A stretch of DNA of 64,000 bases, taken from an uncultured delta proteobacterium. Lineage in GTDB: Bacteria; Myxococcota_A; Polyangia; Polyangiales; Houyiibacteriaceae. A program made the position numbers and the translations under genes. How positions within the stretch are numbered: position 1 is the first letter of the stretch; every line of letters begins with the position of its first letter. The stretch spans positions 1,056,001 through 1,120,000 of the forward strand of contig CAVOVB010000001.1 in NCBI GenBank assembly GCA_963699755.1, given 5' to 3'. The notes under the pieces are model-generated. The model did no database searches. It was not told the origin of the DNA and was given only the letters and a program-made list of their open reading frames with translations. Shown here piece by piece: positions 57,171 through 64,000 of this stretch.

Positions 57171-58174
57171 TACGGATCTCCCTGCTGCTGATCCTCGCTG
57201 CCCTCGGGCTAGGCTCTCCGAAGCGTGCCAGCGCCCATCCGCTCGCGCCTTCGGTGCTCTCATTAGAGCAGCACGCCGACGGAACGGTCACCATGGGCTG
57301 GCGAGCACCGCGCAAGCGTCCGACGGGGCAATCGCTCAGGCCCCTGATCCCCCAATCCTGCGCGCAGCTCGGCCAGACGACGCGTCAGAAGACCGAAGAT
57401 GAAACCGCCATCATCGAGACGACCGAGCTTCGCTGTGAGCCCCCAGACATGCTCGGCACCGTGGTTCGGGTGGATGGCCTCGAGGGCTCGAGCGTCAACG
57501 TCGTCGTCCGCATCGTTCGTGCCGACGGCGAGGTGCACCACGCGATCCTCGACACCGGCACGCCGGCGTTCACCGTCGTCGCCCAAGAAGACGAGTCGCA
57601 TTCCTTTTTCGAGTACCTGATGCTCGGCGTCGGACACCTGCTCACCGGCTGGGACCACCTGACCTTCGTCCTCGGGCTGCTGATCCTTTTCGGCTGGCAC
57701 CGTCGCCTCATCGCGGCCGTCACCGCGTTCACTCTGGGTCACAGCATCACCCTCGCGCTTTCGGTCTTGAGAATCGTGTCGCTCCCCACGGTTCTCGTCG
57801 AAGCCCTCATCGCTCTGACGATCGTCGTGCTCGCGCTGGAGATCCAATCGGGCAAGCACGGTCCGGTCTGGAAGCATCCCTGGGCGCTGCCCGGCGCCCT
57901 CGGCCTTCTTCACGGCCTTGGCTTTGCATCGGTTCTCTTCGATGCGGGCCTCCCTAGCGATGAGATCCCGCTTGCGCTCCTTGGTTTCAATCTCGGTCTC
58001 GAAGTCGCACAACTTGGAGTGATTGCGGTTGCCTGGCTCTGCTTCGCGGCCATCCGTTCGGCGCTCCCATCGACCTGGCGGAGCAATCGAGCCGTGCCTG
58101 CCTACGTCATCGGGTCGCTGGCAGCGTTCTGGGTCATCGAACGGACGCTCGCGGCCTTCGGCATCGTGGTTTAG
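57167..58174 (+). CDS. HupE/UreJ-like membrane protein with N-terminal exported domain
   Basis: LGVGHLLTGWDHLTFVLGL, TAFTLGHSITL, GLLHGLGFA, FNLGLE. The signal peptide implies a start near 57167 (CTG) rather than GTG 57254. Confidence 0.88.
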   Translation: MIRISLLLILAALGLGSPKRASAHPLAPSVLSLEQHADGTVTMGWRAPRKRPTGQSLRPLIPQSCAQLGQTTRQKTEDETAIIETTELRCEPPDMLGTVVRVDGLEGSSVNVVVRIVRADGEVHHAILDTGTPAFTVVAQEDESHSFFEYLMLGVGHLLTGWDHLTFVLGLLILFGWHRRLIAAVTAFTLGHSITLALSVLRIVSLPTVLVEALIALTIVVLALEIQSGKHGPVWKHPWALPGALGLLHGLGFASVLFDAGLPSDEIPLALLGFNLGLEVAQLGVIAVAWLCFAAIRSALPSTWRSNRAVPAYVIGSLAAFWVIERTLAAFGIVV

Positions 58175-59580
58175 AGGCGGCCTGTCTTGATAGCGGACAG
58201 GTAGCCGCGCAGCTCGGCGGCGGCCTTTGTCTTGTCGAAGGGCACGAGCGGCGAGGGAGCGCCCTCGGCCAAGGCGGCATCCAGGTGCTCGAGGAAGAGG
58301 GTGCATTCGTCCGTAGCCAGCCCAAGCGTGGCGTCGTCGATCGCATCGCGATCCCTCAGCGCGCTGACGGCTCGAGTCAGCGGCCCACGGCGCTCGTATT
58401 CGGTGCCGCGACTCAGACGCAGCCCAAGCACTCGGAAGTGGCGCAGGAACTCTCCTGTGAAAGCGAGGTCAGCCTCGTCGCCCGATCGGTCCGGCGTCAG
58501 CAAAGCGGCCGACGCTTTCGCGATGAACGCTTGCAAGATGAAGCGAAACGCCCAGATGTCTTGATGGAGGTTCCGTTGCACGCGCTCGCTCTTGCGTTCG
58601 GGGCGTTCTGACCAAGCCGGCCGGCTGATTCCGTGGAGCTGCTTGGCGGCTTCTTTGACGGTGGCGCGAAGCCCGAGCAAGCCATCGTGCATGCGCTCGG
58701 CCGCAAGCGCGTCGAGCCCTTCTGCGCCGAGCTCGGGCAGAGGATCATTGAGCACCGATCGGGCTTTCGCGTGAATGCTGATCGCGATCGCTTCGACCGA
58801 GAGCAGTCTCTTACCGAGCTCGTCGGCGAAGGTTTCGACTTCCTGGACCAAGAGAAAGCGACTGAGCGCCGCAAGCTCTCGACGGACCGCCGCGACCACG
58901 ACGTGTGCGCAATAGATGCCTTCGTGTGCCCTTAGCTGACGGTCAGCGATGCCGAGGAAGCGATGATCGCGAAGCAAGGTGAGGAAGCAAATCATCGAGG
59001 CGCTCTTGGCCCCGTCGCCTTCCCAGGACTCGAGCTCCGGAGGTAGAGCAGCGGTACCTACGAGCTCTGCGGCACTGGAGAGCTCCAGCGGCTCTGGTGG
59101 CTGGAAGAACCGGTTGCACCGGAGCTCACGCACAAAGAGGTCGCAGCTTGCCTGAAATGCCTCCGCGTCGACGTGCGCTAGCTCCGCGAGCTGCTCGTTG
59201 ACCCGAAGCGCATCGCGCAACGAGCGTTCGAGCGCGCGCAACGAGCACTCGGGCTCGCCAACTGTCAAACCGATGAGGGCCGATTGCGTCACTCCGTCAC
59301 CTCGCAATCGGCGGGCGAGCTGCATCGCCCAGCCGTAGGCGACACGGACCGCAAGGAGCTGCGGATGGAAGTCGGTCACCGGATCCGAGAGCGCCTGGTT
59401 CTCCAAGTCACGGAAGGCAACCAGCCCTGAAAGCACGGCTTGAAGTGGCAGCAAGGCATCTTCGCGTTGCTCGTCGGTCAGCGCCGCACGCCAGCGCTCG
59501 AAGAGCTCCGCATCGGCTGGCGACCAGCGCTCGGCCGACGAAAAAAGGCCCTCATTGGCCGGTCTTGGGGAGGAATTCAC
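58171..59580 (-). CDS. Hypothetical all-alpha cytoplasmic protein
   Basis: 469-aa ORF filling the gap downstream of ruvB, Leu/Ala/Glu/Arg-rich; no motif recognised. Confidence 0.7.
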   Translation of the reverse strand: MNSSPRPANEGLFSSAERWSPADAELFERWRAALTDEQREDALLPLQAVLSGLVAFRDLENQALSDPVTDFHPQLLAVRVAYGWAMQLARRLRGDGVTQSALIGLTVGEPECSLRALERSLRDALRVNEQLAELAHVDAEAFQASCDLFVRELRCNRFFQPPEPLELSSAAELVGTAALPPELESWEGDGAKSASMICFLTLLRDHRFLGIADRQLRAHEGIYCAHVVVAAVRRELAALSRFLLVQEVETFADELGKRLLSVEAIAISIHAKARSVLNDPLPELGAEGLDALAAERMHDGLLGLRATVKEAAKQLHGISRPAWSERPERKSERVQRNLHQDIWAFRFILQAFIAKASAALLTPDRSGDEADLAFTGEFLRHFRVLGLRLSRGTEYERRGPLTRAVSALRDRDAIDDATLGLATDECTLFLEHLDAALAEGAPSPLVPFDKTKAAAELRGYLSAIKTGRL

Positions 59581-59637
59581 GGGGGATAGGGTTCTAACAG
59601 CGCCTCTCGAAAAGGCGCGGAGTCTTCGAGGACAGGT

Positions 59638-60675
59638 TCAGAACAGGTCGGTCTGTGCTTTGGCCGGCTGCTCTTTGCCGAGATGCTCGAAGGCGTGTCG
59701 GGTCGCCACACGTCCCCTCGCCGTGCGCGCCAAGAGGCCCTTCTGAAGCAGGTACGGCTCGTACACGTCTTCGAGCGTATCGCGCGGCTCACTCAGCGCG
59801 GCCGCTAAGGTTTCGATGCCGACGGGGCCGCCATCGTAGTGATCGATGATCACGCTCAGGTAACGCCTGTCCATCTGGTCGAGTCCCGCAGCGTCGACAT
59901 CGAGCCGTTCGAGCGCTTCACGGGCCGATTTTGCGTCGACCTTGCCATCGGACAAGACTTCCGCGAAGTCGCGTGAACGTCGTAGCAGCCGATTGGCGAT
60001 GCGAGGCGTGCCCCGGGAACGCCGAGCAAGCTCCTGCGCTGCCTCTGCGCTGATCGAAAGGGCGAGCAACCGTGCGCTGCGTTCGATGATCGACCGCAGG
60101 GCGTCTTCTGGGTAGTAGTCGAGACGCGCCACGTAGCCGAAGCGCGATCGCATGGGGTTGGTGAGCAGGCCGGTACGTGTCGTTGCGCCTACCAGAGTGA
60201 ACGGGCTGAGCGGAAGTTGCAGCGTTTGGGCGTAAGGGCCATCGCCATTGACGATGTCCATGCGGAAGTCTTCCACGGCCGTGTAGAGGTTCTCTTCGAC
60301 GGTCGCGTTCAGGCGGTGGATCTCGTCGATGAAGAGCACGTCGTTTGGCTCGAGCTTGGTGAGAAGCGCTGCGAGCTGGCCCTTGTGCTCGATCGCCGGA
60401 CCCGAGGCTGAATGCAGCGTGACCCCGCGTTCACCGGCCAAAATGAGAGCCAAAGTGGTCTTGCCAAGTCCGGGCGGGCCGCAGAAAAGGGTGTGGTCGA
60501 CCGGCTCGCCCCGTCGGCGTGCAGCCTCGACGAAGACCCGGAGATTGTCTTTGATTCGCTCCTGGCCGACGAAGTCGTCGAACTGCGACGGGCGAAGGCT
60601 TCGGTCGAACACGCGGTCATCGATTTGCTCGCCGATGCTAAGGTTCTCGTTTGCTCTGGCTTCCATCTCGGTCAT
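59638..60675 (-). CDS. ruvB: Holliday junction branch migration helicase RuvB
   Basis: [50 protein letters not shown]. Confidence 0.98.
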   Translation of the reverse strand: MTEMEARANENLSIGEQIDDRVFDRSLRPSQFDDFVGQERIKDNLRVFVEAARRRGEPVDHTLFCGPPGLGKTTLALILAGERGVTLHSASGPAIEHKGQLAALLTKLEPNDVLFIDEIHRLNATVEENLYTAVEDFRMDIVNGDGPYAQTLQLPLSPFTLVGATTRTGLLTNPMRSRFGYVARLDYYPEDALRSIIERSARLLALSISAEAAQELARRSRGTPRIANRLLRRSRDFAEVLSDGKVDAKSAREALERLDVDAAGLDQMDRRYLSVIIDHYDGGPVGIETLAAALSEPRDTLEDVYEPYLLQKGLLARTARGRVATRHAFEHLGKEQPAKAQTDLF

Positions 60676-61280
60676 GACAAGGCTGACAGCGCAGCACGCA
60701 AGAGCCCTTCGACGTTCTCGTCGCTTGAAACGCCCATGGCGCTTCCGACCGCTGCCTCTGCCTCGCTCCTTTTGTATCCCATCTGCATCAAGGCACCAAC
60801 GACTGTGTCACTGGTTGAGCCCACCGGGCTAGGAACCGCCCGAAGCCGGACCCCGGTCTTGCCGTTCGCGGCGAAGTCGAGCTTGTCCTGCAAGTCGAGG
60901 AGAATTCGCTCGACGGTCCTCTTGCCGACGCCGCTGATCCCCTTGAAGGCCGCCTTGTCTTGCCGTGCGATGGCGTCGCGGAGCTCGCTGGCGTTCATGA
61001 CGCCGATGATGGCAAGGGCAAGCTTCGGTCCGATGCTGCTCACCTTGAGAAGGGCGCGAAATGCGGCGCGGTCTTCGCTGCTCGCAAAGCCAAAGAGCGT
61101 CATGGCGTCTTCGCGGATGTGCGTGTGAATCTGAAGCGAGACCTTCTGCCCAAGCTCCGAGCCGAGCCGCCCCGCTGTACCCAGCGGCAGGAACACTTCA
61201 TATCCGACACCATTTACATCGACGATGACCGACCCATCGGCCTCCCGATGTTCAATCGTTCCATTGAGTCTGCCGATCAC
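60672..61280 (-). CDS. ruvA: Holliday junction DNA-binding protein RuvA
   Basis: [40 protein letters not shown]. Confidence 0.96.
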   Translation of the reverse strand: MIGRLNGTIEHREADGSVIVDVNGVGYEVFLPLGTAGRLGSELGQKVSLQIHTHIREDAMTLFGFASSEDRAAFRALLKVSSIGPKLALAIIGVMNASELRDAIARQDKAAFKGISGVGKRTVERILLDLQDKLDFAANGKTGVRLRAVPSPVGSTSDTVVGALMQMGYKRSEAEAAVGSAMGVSSDENVEGLLRAALSALS

Positions 61281-61340
61281 CGACGAGAGGTTAGCAGGTT
61301 ACTGAACAGATGTGCGTATTTCTGCGCATTGTGGGGGTCC

Positions 61341-61412
61341 TGAAGCCGAGGCGGAGACCGGGATCGGGGCAGGGGCAGCGTCAGTGGCAGCGTCCGTGTT
61401 AGCGCTAGAGCC
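61341..61412. repeat. Degenerate period-6 tandem repeat (about 12 x nGnGnY)
   Basis: tgaagc cgaggc ggagac cgggat cggggc aggggc agcgtc agtggc agcgtc cgtgtt agcgct agagcc. Confidence 0.5.
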
Positions 61413-61442
61413 AGGCCTGCCGGTGAGGGGCCGCCGTCCGCC

Positions 61443-61928
61443 TCAGCGGCCCATTGACTTGGATCGGCTCGCTTGGATGTGGGTGATGGCCACCGCTAGG
61501 GCGTCGGCGGCGTCTTCCTCGGGGGCTTCGTTCAAGCCGAGGAGTGCCGCGACCAGGCGCGCCACCTGCACCTTGTCTGCGGCGCCGCGGCCGACGACCG
61601 TGCGTTTGACGACTGCGGGCGGGTACTCGTGGATCGCCAGGTCGCGCTGGGCTGCGACCAGCAACGCCACCCCGCGGGCGTGTCCCAGCGTGAGCGCTGC
61701 ATTTGCGTATTTTGCGAAGAAGATCTCCTCCACGGCGATGGCCTCGGGTTGGTGATCGCCGATGATCCGCTCGAGGCCCTGGTGAATCATCTGAAGACGC
61801 CTTGGGAGCGGTTGCTTCTCCGGGACCGCGATGGTTCCCGCGCCGATCTGACGAAGCCTCGTTCCTTCGAGCTGCACGACGCCCCAGCCGGTTCGCCGGC
61901 TGCCGGGGTCTATGCCGAGGATTCGCAT
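61443..61928 (-). CDS. ruvC: Crossover junction endodeoxyribonuclease RuvC
   Basis: ATG at 61928; ILGIDPG, AVEEIF, LGHARG, VVGRGAADK, DAADALAVA. Confidence 0.96.
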   Translation of the reverse strand: MRILGIDPGSRRTGWGVVQLEGTRLRQIGAGTIAVPEKQPLPRRLQMIHQGLERIIGDHQPEAIAVEEIFFAKYANAALTLGHARGVALLVAAQRDLAIHEYPPAVVKRTVVGRGAADKVQVARLVAALLGLNEAPEEDAADALAVAITHIQASRSKSMGR

Positions 61929-61935
61929 GTCCCGG

Positions 61936-62682
61936 TCAGGCCATTTCGGCGAGCGCTTGCTCGCTGAGCTCGAAGTCGGAAAACACGCTCTGCACGTCGT
62001 CGTGATCCTCGAGTGCCTCGAAGAGCTGAACCAGCTTTTCAGCCTCGCTGCCCTCGACGATTTTCGTATTGTTCGGGATGTACTCGAGCGCCGCTTCACG
62101 CATCGGGATGTTCGCCTTCACGATTGCGTCGCGAACCAGATCGAGATCGTTACGCGCGGTGGTGACGACCCATTCATCGCCGACTAGCTCCATGTTTTCA
62201 GCGCCGCCGCCGACCGCCGCCTCGAAGAGCTCCTCTTCGCCTACCGCGTCCTTGTCCACCCGAATGATACCCCGCTGCTCGAATGCCCAGAGCGCAGACC
62301 CACTGCTGCCGATCTGCCCGTAGTTCTTGTCGAAGAGCTTTCGAACCTCGGCGATAGTCCGATTCCGATTGTCCGTCACGACCTCGCAGATGAATAGCGT
62401 CCCATCGGGACCGACTCCTTCATACACAAGCTCTTCATACTGGACACCTTCGAGCTCGCCGGTGCCCTTCTTGATCGCCCGGCTCACGTTCTCGGCCGGC
62501 ATGTTCACGCTGCGGGCCATGTCGATCGCCCGCCGCAGCCGGGCATTGCCTTCAGGATCGCCGCCGCCGACCCGGGCCGCGATGGTGATCTCTTTGATGA
62601 CTTTGGTGAACAATTTCCCGCGCTTGGCATCCTGAGCACCCTTGCGCCGCTTGATCGTCGACCATTTGCTGTGGCCACTCAT
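61936..62682 (-). CDS. yebC: YebC/PmpR family protein
   Basis: ATG at 62682; MSGHSKWSTIK, YEGVGP, TDNRNRT, LEDHDDVQ. Confidence 0.95.
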   Translation of the reverse strand: MSGHSKWSTIKRRKGAQDAKRGKLFTKVIKEITIAARVGGGDPEGNARLRRAIDMARSVNMPAENVSRAIKKGTGELEGVQYEELVYEGVGPDGTLFICEVVTDNRNRTIAEVRKLFDKNYGQIGSSGSALWAFEQRGIIRVDKDAVGEEELFEAAVGGGAENMELVGDEWVVTTARNDLDLVRDAIVKANIPMREAALEYIPNNTKIVEGSEAEKLVQLFEALEDHDDVQSVFSDFELSEQALAEMA

Positions 62683-62768
62683 ACCGTCCTTCTTATTCAA
62701 CGGAATTGCTCGCGTTTCAAGCGAATCCTCCGAGTGAATAAGCCCCTGGCGGGTCCGTCGAACCCCGT

Positions 62769-63563
62769 ATGAAACGCCTTGGGATTCTCATCATCGCAAT
62801 ATTCGGGGTCGTCGGCTGTGACAGGGACTCGCGCTACTTTTGTATCGCTGACGGGCCCTTGAGCGACCGTGGTTGCTTCTTGTGCCGAGGAGACGAATGC
62901 GACCCGCAACCCGCGCCACAACGAAACTTGTGCGCAGCGGACGCTGACTGCGCCGTCGGTGAGCTTTGTACGACGCTTGGCTGCGTTGCCGAATGCCAAG
63001 TCGAATATGACTGTCCCATCGGCACGACTTGCACGGACAACAGCCTTTGTCTCAACCCCCTCGAGAATGAGCCGGAGCCACCGGCGTTCCGCTGTCAGTT
63101 CAACTTCGAGTGCGGCGACGAGCGCATTTGCATCGACGGCGAGTGCCTCATCACTTGTATCGATGCGCCCTGTCCCGAAACGCAGCAATGTGTTGCGGGG
63201 GCGTGTCGCCCTTGCACCGACGAGAGCTGCCTGAGCAATTGCACCGAAGATGCGAACTGCGCCGAGCACGAGTACTGCAGCTCGTTCCAGTGCATTCCCG
63301 ACACGCGTCCCGCGCAGTTCTGCCCGGAGAACGAATGCCAGCTCGACCGCGTCTGCGTACGGGGGCAATGCCGAACGCCTTGCGAGACCGACGAGGAATG
63401 CGCCCGAATCGATACGACGATCCGCTTCTGTGCGCCCGTCGAGGAACAGAGCCTCTGCGTGCGGAGCAGTGAGGTGCTGGCCGAGTGTCAGCTCAACATC
63501 GACTGTGGGCTCGGCGAGGAATGCGTGGACGGCGCCTGCGCCGTGAGCTCCACATCGCCCTGA
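62769..63563 (+). CDS. Cys-rich repeat lipoprotein
   Basis: Lipobox VVGC; 39 Cys, mostly in repeated C-x5-C-x4/5-C-x4-C units. Confidence 0.8.
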   Translation: MKRLGILIIAIFGVVGCDRDSRYFCIADGPLSDRGCFLCRGDECDPQPAPQRNLCAADADCAVGELCTTLGCVAECQVEYDCPIGTTCTDNSLCLNPLENEPEPPAFRCQFNFECGDERICIDGECLITCIDAPCPETQQCVAGACRPCTDESCLSNCTEDANCAEHEYCSSFQCIPDTRPAQFCPENECQLDRVCVRGQCRTPCETDEECARIDTTIRFCAPVEEQSLCVRSSEVLAECQLNIDCGLGEECVDGACAVSSTSP

Positions 63564-64000
63564 CGAACCCGCAGTGCTTCATGGAGGCTAGCTAGCCCAA
63601 CCCAGGTGAATCCAGCGCAAAACAGTAGCAAGAAGGGCACGCTTGCCCAGCTCTTGGTCGCGATTGCAACGAACAAGCTCGTCGTGCAGTACAGCGCCAT
63701 CCCCAGCTCGACCGTGTTGTGCCAAGGCCAGCGAACGCGGTAGCAGAGGGCGGTTGACCTGGGCGCGCCATCGAGAACGCCCCGCTTCGGTGTCCGAACG
63801 AATTCCACATCGCGGCCGAACAAGCCTTCGAGAGCTGCCCGCCCATTGTTGATTGAAAGGCCAATGCCGAGTGCCATCATCGCGGGAAGTCGCTTGATCG
63901 CTTGCCATCGCCCCCCGTAGAGATCCCGATGTGCGACGACATAGAAAGCGGCAACCGAACCGCAGGTCGCCAAGAACAGAGGTAAATCGAGCATAAGGAG
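63488..64000 (-). CDS. Family-2 glycosyltransferase (cellulose-synthase-like), C-terminal part; 5'-truncated
   Basis: GIGLSINNGRAALEGLFG..VEFVRTPK followed by TMs, typical of the C-terminus of CESA-like GT2 proteins. Confidence 0.75.
   Translation of the reverse strand, partial: LLMLDLPLFLATCGSVAAFYVVAHRDLYGGRWQAIKRLPAMMALGIGLSINNGRAALEGLFGRDVEFVRTPKRGVLDGAPRSTALCYRVRWPWHNTVELGMALYCTTSLFVAIATKSWASVPFLLLFCAGFTWVGLASLHEALRVRQGDVELTAQAPSTHSSPSPQSMLS

Noticed and set aside
1..64000. CRISPR array, IS/transposase, prophage, defence system, intein in NrdJ
   Set aside because: No regularly spaced direct repeats or mobile/defence gene motifs seen; NrdJ motifs are contiguous with no intein signatures.

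Overview
GC-rich, gene-dense chromosomal window, probably from a myxobacterium (Myxococcota, likely Polyangia; inferred from gene content and protein style, not from a search). It is mostly core genome: I see no rRNA, CRISPR array, integrase, transposase or prophage. In order: (1) a translationally coupled cation-transport operon (CPA-like membrane protein, trkA, trkH, then a >1250-aa CPA antiporter fused to a helical region and a P-loop domain, which runs off the left edge and is missing from the ORF track); (2) TetR divergent from lipA, a 2-oxoacid dehydrogenase E1a/E1b/E2 set and mutY; (3) an ABC-2 exporter, a metallophosphoesterase and serS-murB; (4) a minus-strand run hrcA-grpE-dnaK-regB-regA followed by a CxxC outer-membrane protein, a lipoprotein, mbnP and mbnH (copper-handling module, no methanobactin genes here); (5) ftsB plus a TM-GAF-GAF-GGDEF cyclase, sixA, an Eat-type permease, plant/Chlamydia-type fabI, a Ser/Thr kinase and an acyltransferase/SDR pair; (6) a signalling cluster (two sigma54 activators, two hybrid kinases, REC-GGDEF-EAL) around a phasin-like gene, and a tRNA-Met overlapped in antisense by a kinase 3' end; (7) an OM protein, gamma-CA, a 5'-3' exonuclease, NrdR boxes, class II nrdJ, an unannotated 23-aa membrane sORF and dapF; (8) a DUF3604/PpiC-like/HupE-UreJ trio; (9) yebC-ruvC-ruvA-ruvB, a Cys-rich lipoprotein and a partial GT2. 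The best candidates for undescribed systems are the CPA-Trk-P-loop operon, the RegBA-linked MbnPH module and the DUF3604 trio. All family assignments come from motif recognition only.
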